Source: Octopus bimaculoides (Eukaryota). Taken from it: a stretch of DNA of 47,210 bases. The DNA lies in the NCBI RefSeq assembly GCF_001194135.2, contig NC_068983.1:125853887-125901096 (forward strand), read 5' to 3'. A program made the position numbers and the translations under genes. The notes below the pieces were generated by a model. That model saw nothing but the letters and a program-made list of their open reading frames with translations. It was not told the DNA's origin and did not search any database. This document shows positions 12,196-24,955 of this stretch, one piece after another. Each line of letters begins with the position of its first letter. Position 1 is the first letter of the stretch.

Positions 12196-12783
12196 TCCAA
12201 CTATACATATAGCTGGAAAGAAAGTCTGGTTGCATTTTAAGATTCTTACAGTCAATAAGCCATCTTCCGTCTAATGATATTGCAATGTTGTAAGAGGGTG
12301 AGAGTCAGATGAATAGAGGTCACAAGAATAAGAATATGAGGCAGAACTTATATTTCGATCCTGAATCTTATCGGAAATAACTTGGACCATACGAAAATAT
12401 GCATTTCGGATCAACAACAACAGTCTTTACGATTTACCTACTATGGCGCCTTTTGGAAATTTTGTGTGTAATGCTTCGAACTGACGACAATATTTCCTGG
12501 TATTAGCTGTTTTACTTTCACATTAGACGATACTGTTTATTATTTTCATTAAATATGAATACAGAGAATAAACTTTTCATCTCTTCTGATAACTCTACTC
12601 AGGAAGGATCTGGTAGCAAGTCTACTCTTGCATGTCAAGTAGAGGACAATTCTTTAATCAAGGTAAGATGACGAATCTACTAAGTATAATATTTTCATAA
12701 TTTCATTAAAGCGTTTTACGATCGAATAGTGACATGAACAGTCTTATGAATTTTTTCGTGTAGTCGATTTGAATTTTCCTTAA

Positions 12784-13053
12784 CCCATTACCTACCAGTG
12801 ATCTCATATGAAATCACTTAAAAATTAATTACAAATTTCGTAATTATCTGTCAATATTTACACACAGGTATATTTCTCTGATATTCAAATGAGGTTTGCT
12901 AATTCTTCACCCAATATCTCTCTTATTTCTATTTAAAATGTTATTTTGAAATGTTATTCTGATCATTCCAGCGTGTTTCTAAGGCTGTTTTACGCTAGAA
13001 ATCAAAGTTTCATAAAACAAATTCCAGTTAATAGAACTATGGGAGGTAATGGG
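12784..13053. mobile_element. piggyBac-type MITE
   Basis: TTAA at 12780-12783 and 13054-13057. Inverted termini cccattacctacca / tgggaggtaatggg match 13 of 14. 270 bp, non-coding. Confidence 0.72.
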
Positions 13054-13433
13054 TTAAATAAGGATTTTACAGACTTAATAATGATAGAATTGGTCGTTTA
13101 GGTTGGGGGGACCTGAGAAAGAAATCGGCCACAGTTTTTGGCATGTCCGGAAACTTAAAACATCATTTCATATACTGAATAAATATTTCTTGGCGATTTC
13201 ATTGTTAAAGGCTCCGTTTCGAAAACACAGTATATAGTTTCTCATACAGCTTTGATCTAAACTTATTTAAAAAGAAACATCAAAACGGAAAAATATGAAG
13301 GAGAGTAAAAACGAAACAACAGAAGATAACGAATAAAGAAAATAAACGGTAATGCTTATTTTACAGTACGTATTGAAAATATACCTTTAAAATGAGCAAC
13401 TCAAAATATGCCGGGACTGTTGTATGGTTATAT

Positions 13434-13935
13434 AGGCGCAGGAGAAGCTGTGTGGTAAGTACCTTGCTTACCGACCACATGGTTCCGTGTTCAGTCCCAC
13501 TACGTGGCAACTTCGGCAAGTATCTTCTACTATAGCCTCGGACCGACCAAAGCCTTGTGAGTGGATTTGGTAGATTGAAACTGAAAGGAGCCTGTCGTAT
13601 ATATGTGTGTATATATATATAANNNNNNNNNNNNNNNNNNNNNNNNNNNNNNNNNNNNNNNNNNNNNNNNNNNNNNNNNNNNNNNNNNNNNNNNNNNNNN
13701 NNNNNNNNNNNNNNNNNNNNNNNNNNNNNNNNNNNNNNNNNNNNNNNNNNNNNNNNNNNNNNNNNNNNNNNNNNNNNCCCGTAACTTAGCGGTTCGGTAA
13801 GATAGACCGATAGAATAAATACTAGGCTTACAAAAATAAGTCCCGGTGTCGATTTGCTTCGACATAAGGCGGTACTCCAGCATGGCCGAAGTCAAATGAC
13901 TGAAACAAATAAAAGAATAAAATAAAAGAAAGAGT
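13434..13935 (+). mobile_element. SINE family B, full-length, internal microsatellite gapped
   Basis: ggcgcaggagaagctgtgtggtaag head with B-box ttcagtccc. N-gap 13623-13777 lies in the internal (AT/GT)n. 3' half cccgtaacttagcggttcgg...gtcaaatgactgaaacaaataaaagaat. Confidence 0.92.
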
Positions 13936-14049
13936 ATCCATCCATCCATATATACATGCATACATACATACGTACGTACATACAGACATGCAAATATATA
14001 GAGAAGGAGATAGATATACAGTGACATACATACGTACATGGAATGTTTG

Positions 14050-15457
14050 AATATTATAAGCTAAGGCCGAATGTGTTATGCTGTCACTCATTTAGTTGAA
14101 GGGAGAGAGGAAGAGCTAAAGAGAAAGAGGTTGAAAGAAGAGTTAAAGACGTGAGGTAGGGGAAAATAACAGATATTATGTGGATAAAAAGTCAGTTGAA
14201 GGAAGAGCTATAGAGAAAGAGAATTAGAAATACATCCCTCTAGCAGAGGGATGATGTTATAATGGTGAGGTTAAAGAAAGGCAGATAGATAGGGAGAGAA
14301 GAGGGAGTTATAACGAAAGTGAAGGAGAGACAGATAGCTATGGCAGCCGATGCATTACGCTGTCACGTGAGAGATTAACAAGAGAGACAATTTATAACAG
14401 CTTGAACAGAGGAATGACATGCTTTAAAATTTTGTTGAAATAGGAAGTAGAGAGAAAAATATAGAAAGAAATATGTGGTGTTTAGCAGAATGAAATTCCT
14501 CATATATTATAATTTTCGATCAGAAAAAAACCTATTGATATTCAATTTTTTATATCTTCTGCCTATCGATCCATTTCTGTGTCTGTCAGGAAAAAAAGGA
14601 AGCGCTATACTAGATATAATGATAAATCTATAGATAGAAAGCTAAATTTGTCTATGAAATTGAAATAGCTTAGTAAATTAACTGTGGGAGTTATGTTTTT
14701 AATCTGTTATTCGAACTTTGTATTGTCAGACTAGATAGATACATCAACAGAATGAATTGTAAACATAAAACAAACAAATGAACTGAAATGAAATAAAAAA
14801 AATGAAAGTGATCTTGGTAAACAACTTAAACTGAGCTTTGTTACTGAAACTATAACGACGATGGTACAGGTGAAAGAGGTGGCGGTGGTGGTGGTTCTGC
14901 TGCTGCTGATGTTTGTTGAGGTAGCATGTTAAATATGGAAAATATGTAGTTTTTTTTATTGGACTAAATATCTCTATCGCCCTACACTTAACTCATCCGT
15001 GTAAGTGCAATTATTTATAGTCCACTCGCTTCAAAATAGATATTTGTTTATTAAATGTGGATGATAGACGACTTGAGCTAACAAATTACTGAGGGTGAGT
15101 CCATAGGTAAGGACGTAAAGAGAAGCATTGGATCGAGTCATTAGAACGAGCGCAGGACAGCAGCGGAGAAGGGAAAATAGGAATCAAAGAGAACATAATC
15201 AATATTTACAATAAATAAGAGAACGTGTTCAAGATAGAATAGAAAACGAAAACAACAGAAAACGTAAAAAAAAGTAAAACAACAAAAAATTAAACGTATC
15301 GGCGCAGGAGTGGTTGTGTAGTAAGTAGCTTGGTTGCCGACCACATGGTTCCGGGGCCAGACCCACTGCGTGACAACTTGAGCAAGTGATTTCTCCTACT
15401 GCCTCGGGCCGATTAAAACATTGTGAGTTGATTTGGTAGACAGAAACTGAAAGAAGC

Positions 15458-15506
<49 letters not shown>

Positions 15507-16085
15507 GTGTCTGTGTTTGTCCTCCCACTATTGCATGACAACCGAAGTTGGTGTGTTTACATCGCCGTAACATAGCGGGTCCGCAAAAGAGACCGATACA
15601 AGAAGTACTAGGCCTACAAAGAATAATTCGTGGGATCGATTTTTTCGACTAAAGGGAATACTTCAGCATGGCTGCAGTCAAAATTACTGATACAAGTAAG
15701 AGAAATAAAAAAAATATTGTTGAAATATACAACAGTGTTGACATGGATATTCTCTGTAATCATTGTTAAGCTCTTAGATTTATAAATAAAACTCTGAATT
15801 GTCGCTATATCCAGAAGAACTCAAAGTGTTCTAAATGAAAATAATGCAGAATATAGAATTTTAAACGAACCACTAATTTTAGTAGATGTATACAAACTTC
15901 TAGCTATCGAAAAATGTTCACAATTACCGTGACATTTTCACAGGTACTCCACACAACCGAACCCTAATTGCGTTGTTGTTCAAGCAATATCCCGAAACAA
16001 TACTTTAAGTAGTACTTTTAATTAAAGTTTTTTTTTTTTTTTGGAAAAACAGAGTTAGCGTGTACATGGGTAGTCATTTCGCATG
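14050..16085. mobile_element. Old dispersed repeat, copy 1 (interrupted by a SINE and other sequence)
   Basis: 14050-14300 aligns by eye with 23770-24030; 15040-15300 plus 15715-15950 aligns with 24225-24740 (e.g. tggatgatag..gctaacaa, taaagagaagca, gaagggaaaata.gaatcaaaga, aaatgaaaataatgc, cacaggtactc). Confidence 0.55.
15301..15710 (+). mobile_element. SINE family B, full-length, with intact internal (AT)n
   Basis: ggcgcaggagtggttgtgtagtaag head, (AT)n at about 15463-15501, 3' half ending cagcatggctgcagtcaaaattactgatacaagtaaga. Confidence 0.92.
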
Positions 16086-16250
16086 CACATTTGCAGACGC
16101 ATAGTCATATATATATATATATATATATATACAGTGAATTATGTATTCGTGTATAGGTGTATACAAATATGTATACATATACACATATGCTTCCCATGCT
16201 TTTATACATATGTTCATGTATAGGCACACATACACACATATTAACGCATA

Positions 16251-17137
16251 CGAGAATGTACCCCAAAAACTGGAATTTTGCAATATCCTTTTATTGACTT
16301 AGTTTCACATGTTTACAGTTTTGTCGCCTTCAAAGTATTCTCCATTTGAAGCAATGTATCAGTCCAGGCACGTTTTCAACTATTCGAAGGAGTGCTGAAA
16401 TTCTTTTAACGCCTCCGTCGTTCTTTTGTCTTCACCTCTTCGACATCTGCAAAATTCCGTAGCACCAGCTTTCATTACCAGTGATGACCCCTGAAAAAAA
16501 GTCTGCATCCTCTTCCAACTCGTCTTTCAGTTCACGACACGTATTCAGTCGCGACTACTTTTGATCTTCCTTGAGCAAGCGAGGTACAAATTTTGCTGCA
16601 GCTCTTTACATTCACAATACTTCGCTCCAAAAAATTTCGTTGGCAGGAGAACCAGAATGCACGAGTCATATCAATAAGTTCGTCCATTTTTTGGTAACGC
16701 TCCTCCAGAGACAGATCTTGAATGTTCATGATGTTTTCATTCATTCGCGAGTCTGGAGGTTTTTCCGAACGATGTTGGTTTTTAAGTGACAAGTGACCAT
16801 TTCATTCCTAAAGCATGAAAGCCACTTGTGTTTTGCTCATTACAGCGGCCTTATAATCTGAAGCATGAGAACTTTTGGCCGCCGTTTTCCTCAGCAGCAA
16901 GTACAATTTTGCGAAAGCACGCTGTTCCTTCGTTTCAGCAATCGCCAAAAATGATGAATAGTGGAGAAGCACTGCAAAATAAAGAAGCATCACGTGACAG
17001 TACGACTTCACCGGGCAATGCAGGTCGACCGACCGTTACCTGAGGGTTAAATCAGGTGGATTCTTGCGGTGGAAGCTTGAGCTACAACGGGTTTGCCCCA
17101 TAGAGAACGTTTCCGCTTACTTTTGGGTACACCCTCG
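16251..17137 (-). mobile_element. Mariner, internally deleted (887 bp), both TIRs present
   Basis: TA flanks at 16249-50 and 17138-39; TIRs cgagaatgtaccccaaaa and revcomp cgagggtgtacccaaaa. Minus frames: ETKEQRAFAKLYLLLRKTAA, MSKTQV, HRSEKP, VITGNESWCY fused directly to FADVEEVKTK...YIASNGEYFEGD, so most of the catalytic core is deleted. Confidence 0.92.
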
Positions 17138-18168
17138 TATACCAATGAAATGTATTAAAAAAACACTTTTTCTGGAACCAGAACAAAATTCGAAGAGGAT
17201 GCGTCAGAAGCTCATTTTTTGGTTCAAAATGGCGCTATCTGTCAAAATCCTCAGTATTTACTTCAAAGTTCACACTACATCTTTGATTTGAAGCTCCCGT
17301 TCTTGTATGATTCCACGTTATCTACGATAAACCTTCAACATTTGAATTCATCGTGATTTATCACACGCAAGAATCATAAAGAATTTGAAAAGAACCATAC
17401 AATCTTTCTGCAACGTGTGGTGGTTTTTGTGCGTTCCCTAACTAGTATCATAAGAAGCCAATAGAATAAAGACTAAACTTAAATATACGCACTAGGTAAA
17501 TTTGTTCTTCAGGGTGTTGGCTAGACTTGGGCGTAGTTCAGTGACTAAAAGAAGTAAAGCACAAAAGATTAAGATAGATAACAGGGTGAAGGAAAATATT
17601 AGTGATAGCAAGAATAATAACGAAGACAAAGTACTAAAGGGTGAAATGAAAAAAAAGCAGTATTTCCCAAAAATAAATCAACAGGATTTAGGAAAAGGAT
17701 TTGGAGATAGAAATGCGGTAATTCATTCATCATAATTCGAGGTAAGAGTGAAATGAAACTGGTAAAGTGTTTGTAGCGTAGTAAAGTGTAGTAATTAATG
17801 AGTAATTAAACCCTAACAAACATGGTTGGTAGTAGAACTGCGTGAAAGTGTATAACAAATAAATATTTTAACACTGAAAATTAGGTTTATATATGGGTGT
17901 CACATGAGCGTTTGCTATAACGGAGTTATTTATTGGGGAGCTAGCTACCTAGTAATACCTATATAGGTGTCTATCCCAAACCGAAAGAGATACTATTGTT
18001 GGCAGAGGAAAGAAAAACATAGAGCCATGAAATGGTAAAAAACACGGGTAGCAGATTAAGATTTGTATATGATGTAGAAGTCAACGGAAAACAGAAAGTA
18101 ACATTCAACGTATATAGTTAGTTTTCTATTATGAATCATTGACTGTCTCAGCTCCGCATTCATTAGAC

Positions 18169-18575
18169 CAGTGCTTCTCAACCATGGTCCACATGCCCCC
18201 TGAGGGTCCATATAAGATTTTTTTTTANNNNNNNNNNNNNNNNNNNNNNNNNNNNNNNNNNNNNNNNNNNNNNNNNNNNNNNNNNNNNNNNNNNNNNNNN
18301 NNNNNNNNNNNNNACAAAATAGTTAATTAGGGATAGAGAATAGTATTTTAAGTGCCTCTGAAAATATTTTGCTTTCCATATATGTATTGGTATGTATTGC
18401 AAGAAACGACTTGGTTTCTTTCTCTAATATTTTACACAGTTCAATCTACACAAGTCAACGTGTGAAAAACCTACACAAGTCAACGTGTCAAAGACACATT
18501 TTTGTAAAACAAGTTTTTAAAGATGGAATGGGTATGGGGCCCACCAGAATGAAATAGTAACCAAAGCGGTCCTTA
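18169..18575. mobile_element. Possible hAT-type non-autonomous element fragment
   Basis: Begins cagtgcttctcaacc, a typical hAT/Charlie-like terminus, followed by ggtcc-rich subterminal motifs. Right terminus not found. Confidence 0.4.
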
Positions 18576-18608
18576 TAGACTTCTTTGGGCTCATATCAAG
18601 TCCATACT

Positions 18609-18825
18609 AGTTTCAAATTTTGATACGAAGCTATCGATTTTGGGTGGGGAGGGGGTTTAGTCGATTACATCGACCTCAGAGTTCAATACTACTTATTTTA
18701 TCGACCCTAAAAAGATGATAGGTAAAGTTGACCGTGGCAGAATTTAGACTCAGAGTGTAAAGGCGGACGAAGCGCTGATAGATATTTCTTCCAGTGTGCT
18801 AACGATTCTGTCACCTCACCGCCAT
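18609..18825 (-). mobile_element. SINE family A, near full-length
   Basis: Reverse strand gives ggcggtgaggtgacagaatcgttagcacac (A-box) ... ctgagtctaaattctgcc (B-box) ... gggtcgataaaataag...gaggtcgatgtaatcgact. Confidence 0.85.
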
Positions 18826-19210
18826 ATATCTACCTCATATTGCCAGGAGTACGGATATACAGTAGAGAAAAATCATAAAAAGTTTAAAATGGCTTCTTTG
18901 CGTGGGTATTTAGACCTTTAGTGGTTGCTTCAGCTAGTTTGCGACAATAGTTCTCTGATCACTTGTCCCACTTTTTGGGCAGACCAGATGTTGTCTTTTG
19001 TCATTCGACTTTCAATAGCGCGTGACATTTCAGTGGAAATAGTATTAATCCGTGAAACGGATAACAGTTTCAATACTAGTGGAATGGATGAATTTGCCTG
19101 TCTCCTCGCTCTAGTGTGATACTTTCATGTTATTAGCAACTAAAAATTCAGTAAGCGTAGCTGAAGTGGTAAACATATAAATGAAATTTCCTATTGATAA
19201 ATACTACTAG

Positions 19211-19594
19211 ATGCAACTGAACATAGAATTTGCTGTGGAGGAAGAGTTGATAAATCCGAACATCACGTGAGTAAGTGGGAGCTGTTTCTGTGATGCTGCA
19301 TGTGGGTGATACCTAATATGATAATTTATCATATTAAGTATCAACCTATCTATCTATGGAGGCAAATATGACTGGTAGCTCAATATTAAGACAGTAAAAG
19401 CAGTGATTTTGCTCAACAGATTTCCAATTTGCAATGTGAATTTTGTTGGTGATTTGTTCAAATCCATGGATATGTTATACTGCGTTCAATTCCTTCTAAT
19501 TCTGTTGTGTGATGCAAGTCTAACTTTGATTAATGCACAAGATATTTGGACTAAGAAAATATACAGTATTCAAAGAATCTAATAATGTCACTCG
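19211..19594 (+). pseudogene. Exon-like pair with signal-peptide-like ORF, apparently disrupted
   Basis: Intron-like 19267-19419 (GTGAGT...ttttgctcaacAG). ATG 19466 gives MDMLYCVQFLLILLCDASLTLINAQDIWTKKIYSIQRI*, with the stop 12 nt before a G|GTATGT donor at 19595. Confidence 0.3.
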
Positions 19595-20374
19595 GTATGT
19601 ATATTCTATGTACTGCCGCTTTGAACATGTAGCTTCGTTACTGATTTAAATAGCTTTCTGATTTCATCGCTTAGTTTGTCAATTCCCTTAACTCCCAACT
19701 TGTTATGCTGAGATCGTATATTCTGCCTAAGATTGGAGTTTAGCAATTATACTTGTTATTCTTGTCAAGAAGGTTCTTTTCTTGTAATTATTGTTTTGAA
19801 TCTCATTTCATAGATACGCCTCATAAAAAGATGGCTCATTTCATACATAGTTTTATATTCGGCGATATATACCTGGTTTTCTGCTGGGCATTTAGCATAT
19901 CATAAACAAATAGAGATTTAAGTATTGCATCAACAGATGTTAGTTCTACACTGCTGATAGGTGAAGAATAATAATATAAATACCATTAACTACAGGTAGC
20001 ATTGATATATGCTTTTGTAATATACTCCTACTACTGAGCAATCTTTTCCCTTTTCTTCAAAGCACGAATGATTTATACCCTACTAAGAGTTTTCAGTACT
20101 CCCTTGGGCTGTCCATGCATCTACTAATAATGCTTTGAAAATATTAGTGCTGTCGGTAGGACTTTGAAAGAACGGCCCTCTATCGGGTAGAGTCGAATAA
20201 TATTCCACACTTAACACAGGATACTGTTAAAGTATATCGTTTATCATTTAGTTGTTTCAGTCATTTGAATACACATCTGTATTAAAATATGCTTTCAGTT
20301 TAGCATTCTGCCTTATTATTTTTCATTTTCCTATTAATTCTCTACGTGCGGTAAACACAACCCCACCATTTATG

Positions 20375-20435
<61 letters not shown>

Positions 20436-20486
20436 ATGTATGCATGTATGTATGTATGTATGTATGTATGGATGGATGGATGGATG

Positions 20487-20555
<69 letters not shown>
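20375..20555. repeat. Compound microsatellite (AT)-(GT)-(ATGT)-(ATGG)-(CT)-(AT)
   Basis: Direct inspection. Confidence 0.95.
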
Positions 20556-20559
<4 letters not shown>

Positions 20560-21767
20560 ATTACGTAGTTGTATTTGTATAACAATTGACTTGATATGAG
20601 ATCGTGTGCTGAAACAAAGACAGTTGTAACGTAGAAGATGTTTATAAGTCATTTAAGAACACCAAAAAATCCGTTAAATTCAAAATACCTATCGTCGCTT
20701 TGAAATCGCGACCTGTTCACTAACAAAACTTTGTGATGCAACTCATTTGCTTTACATCATTTCCAATGATTTCGCTTAAATTCTAATGCACTTATTATAA
20801 TTAGAAATAGGATCAACTGAAATTCTACTAAGTGCTAAGTTGTACATCAATTAGGATAAGGACCTGTAGTATATCCTTTAGGCTATGAATCAGAAATAGA
20901 AATTGTCAAAATTATATCCTAATTGCGTTAAACGACTGGGGTAGATTTGCATGTAGGGTAGAGTTAATTCCTGGAATTAGACTAGCAGAGAGTGACTGGA
21001 AATTTAATTTGATAAAGCCAGAGTTTTGGCTACAGTAACATATTGTATGATACTAAATATAGCCTAGGTGCGAGCATTTTGTAAGACAAATTTACTGCGA
21101 TGAATATTCAATCAGGGTGAAGTGGCATATTGCATTACGCGGGACCAGAGAAAGCTATCATTAAAAGCGTTGCACGTATGGACATATTAAATTAATAATA
21201 TGACTTTAAAACGATAATTAACCCTATTCATGTATAATGAATATAATAATTCATTGATTTGATCAAAATACTGATATGAATGTAATGAAGATAACGTTAT
21301 TATAGATAAGGCAATGAAAAACAAAAGTCATTCAGTTCCCTTTTCAACAAAACACCCACTTTGATAGATTGCATGAGCAGTATAACAGGCAACTGTACAA
21401 ATATGTGCTAGTCACGACAACCGATAAATTTCCTTGGGTGCAGCTTGTATTATATTTATGAAATCAAATACGAAAAATATATACTAAATGTGTATGAACA
21501 AAGGACCACATTACTTATAAATAAACAGAGGATCTGTATTATGCTGTTTCGTACTTATGCATACATGTATACGTGTTGACTAAGTATTTATTTAGATCTC
21601 AATCTTTCTAGTAGCAAGAGAGGATCTCTCTCTCCCTTTATGTATATATATATATATATNNNNNNNNNNNNNNNNNNNNNNNNNNNNNNNNNNNNNNNNN
21701 NNNNNNNNNNNNNNNNNNNNNNNNNNNNNNNNNNNNNNNNNNNNNNNNNNNNNNNNNNNNNNATATA

Positions 21768-22644
21768 CGAGGTTTAATCAATAAGTATACGGTCTGTTGC
21801 CATAGTAAAGACACGCAAAGTAATGCCGCTCGGAACAGATTAACCATGACCTCTGTTGTGCATGCAAATTAAGGTTTAATGGTTTAGCACACTTCTGCTG
21901 TTTATAGCAGTGCTAGGAAGTAACGTGTGTAACGGGTGATCGTCGTATTGAACATGACAGAGAAACTCGTCATGGCGGTACCTACTCAGAAGCCTACGTA
22001 AAGTTCCAGAAAATATATGGAGAGGAGTGTATGAGTTGCACATAAGGCTACGAGTGGTTCAGACATTTACAAGGTGGATGAAAAAATGTCGATAGTGACC
22101 AACGTTCTGGAAGACTCGCAACCAACAGAATTGAGAAAGACATTGCAGAAAGATCCCTGCAGCTGTGAGAGGAAATCATCGAATCAACATCTGCCAGTTA
22201 TCAGAGGATGTGCAGAGTTCAGTTCAGTCTATTATCCCTGAAGATTCGTATATCAGACATGTGTATGCCTGATTTGTGCCAAAACTGCTTTCAGCTGACC
22301 AAAAAGAAACTTGGGTTTCAGTTGCACAAGATCTTGATTGTGGCAAGAACGATGAAAACTTCTTAAAAAATTTGTGTAGGCTTCTGAACAGGTATGGCCA
22401 ATCTTTTGGCAAAATTTGATATACATATTCTCTGTTCAACTTCCTCTGCAAGTGCGATGATTACACATTACACACGCTTTTTCAAGCACTGCTGTCAACA
22501 GATGAAGTAAGCTAGAACGTTAAAACTTAGTGAGCATGCACAACAAAGTTTAAGATTAACCTGTGCCAAGCACCTTTACTGTAGTGTGCATGGTTTAGCC
22601 TCGTTACTATGGCAAAGCTCTTGACACTTATTGATCACACGACT

Positions 22645-22646
<2 letters not shown>
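21768..22646 (+). mobile_element. Mariner derivative (879 bp) with N-terminal transposase remnant and long inverted ends
   Basis: TA at 21766-67 and 22647-48; termini share atcaataagt...ttgccatagtaa in inverted orientation. Coding remnant GTYSEAYVKFQKIYGEECMS, YEWFRHLQGG, SDQRSGR, FVPKLLSADQKET ends before the first catalytic D. Confidence 0.9.
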
Positions 22647-22692
<46 letters not shown>

Positions 22693-23769
22693 GGTGGTGG
22701 TGCGTGTGTGGGTGTATGTGTGTGGGTGTGTGCGTGTGTGTGNNNNNNNNNNNNNNNNNNNNNNNNNNNNNNNNNNNNNNNNNNNNNNNNNNNNNNNNNN
22801 NNNNNNNNNNNNNNNNNNNNNNNNNNNNNNNNNNNNNNNNNNNNNNNNNNNNNNNNNNNNNNNNNNNNNNNNNNNNNNNNNNNNNNNNNNNNNNNNNNNN
22901 NNNNNNNNNNNNNNNNNNNNNNNNNNNNNNNNNNNNNNNNNNNNNNNNNNNNNNNNNNNNNNNNNNNNNNNNNNNNNNNNNNNNNNNNNNNNNNNNNNNN
23001 NNNNNNNNNNNNNNNNNNNNNNNNNNNNNNNNNNNNNNNNNNNNNNNNNNNNNNNNNNNNNNNNNNNNNNNNNNNNNNNNNNNNNNNNNNNNNNNNNNNN
23101 NNNNNNNNNNNNNNNNNNNNNNNNNNNNNNNNNNNNNNNNNNNNNNNNNNNNNNNNNNNNNNNNNNNNNNNNNNNNNNNNNNNNNNNNNNNNNNNNNNNN
23201 NNNNNNNNNNNNNNNNNNNNNNNNNNNNNNNNNNNNNNNNNNNNNNNNNNNNNNNNNNNNNNNNNNNNNNNNNNNNNNNNNNNNNNNNNNNNNNNNNNNN
23301 NNNNNNNNNNNNNNNNNNNNNNNNNNNNNNNNNNNNNNNNNNNNNNNNNNNNNNNNNNNNNNTATATATATACATAATATTTGCATATGTATACATATTA
23401 AAAAATAGACATCCTCTCTCTTCGTCTCTGTTTTAACAGTAGATAACACTGAGATATATTGACACCAACATTCTAACAGTAAACATTATCTGATAAGTAG
23501 TATGTATATTGATAACTGAATATATACACATACCTAAGTGTACACAAAAGCAGTTTTGAACTTACTCACACACACATACACACACACTTAGATACATGCA
23601 TACATGCACACACACAACCCGCATAAATGCACGCATACGTAGCCGTATATATGTATACTTAGATACATACAAATAGACACACCACTCAAACATTCTCTTT
23701 TTAGCTGGGGTCTCCCTTTTATACTATATTCTTTCTAATAATTGAATGCCTTTAACATCTATATATTAA

Positions 23770-24740
23770 TCTGTGAAGGCCGAAATGCGTCACGCTGTCA
23801 ATTGTCTAGTTGAAGGGAAAGGTGAAGACTGAGAGACAAAATGGAAGAACGTTAAAGTGTGAGAGAGAAGCGTCCATGAGGTTAGGTAGGTGGAATGTCA
23901 TAGTCATTACATGGTTAAAAAGTTAGTTGGAGTAATATAGAAAAAGGTAGTTAGAAATATGTTTAGCAGAGGGCTATTGTTATGGTGGTAAGGTTAAATA
24001 AGTGTAGAAAAAGGCGGGGGGTTGGGGAGACAGAGAGTCAAGGGGAGTGAGAGAGAGTGAAAGGGAATGAGAGGGAGAGAGACAGACAGAGTGTTGAGAG
24101 AGCGAGACAATGGTCGTGGAGGTGGTGGTAGTGAATAGAGAGTGAAAAGTGTATTTTTTTCAATTGGAATAAGTTTTCCTGTCACTTAACGAATGGAAGT
24201 ATTGATCGTCTGCCTCCTTGAAAATTGATATTTTTTAAATGAAATATGGATGATAGGCAATGTAAGCTAACAACAGAACGAATAACTCCTTATAGGCAAT
24301 GATGCTAAAGAGAAGCAAAGGGTCGAAACACTAGAACAGGTACGGGAATGTCAGCGTTCAGAAGGGAAAATACGAATCAAAGAATACTGAGTGAATATTT
24401 CCAACACATGAAGTAAGATATCAAATGAAAATCAGAGAAAACCTCAAAATAAATTTTAAAAAATTGTATATTTGTGGTTGAAAGTAACAACATTGGTGGC
24501 ATAGATATTCTCTCAGTCATTGTGAAGCTCATAAATTTATAAATGAAACGCTGAACTGCCATGAATACGAAAAAGTCATCGTCCATCTATTACAGCCATA
24601 TACTGAAGGACTGAAAAGTGTCTTTAAATGAAAATAATGCCGTAAATATAATTCATGAACGAACACCAATTTTTCTGGCCCTATATAATCTTACAACCAT
24701 CTAAAAAATTCGTAAGTACCATGCTGCTTCCACAGGTACT
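23770..24740. mobile_element. Old dispersed repeat, copy 2
   Basis: Same orientation and colinear with parts of 14050-15950; ends at cacaggtactc where a SINE tail begins. Confidence 0.55.
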
Positions 24741-24955
24741 CTTTTACGCTTTTACTTGTTTCAGTCATTTGAGTGCGGCCATGCTGGGGCACCGCCTTTA
24801 GTCGAGCAAATCGACCTCAGGACTTATTCTTTGTAAGCCTAGTACTTATTCTATCTGTCTCTTTTTGCCGAACCGCTAAGTTACGGGGACATAAACACAC
24901 CAGCATCGGTTGTCAAGTGAAGTTGGGGGACAAACACAGACACACAAACATATAA

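Noticed and set aside
17140-17740. Short ORFs and a purine-rich K/E/N-biased frame
   Set aside because: Compositional bias only; could be an unrecognisable old repeat.
18925-19119. Overlapping ~65-codon open frames on both strands
   Set aside because: No recognisable motif or splice sites; the length is within chance expectation.
20880-21200. NYILIALNDWGR (Ig-like) and SGILHYAG motifs
   Set aside because: Short matches in stop-rich frames without splice support.
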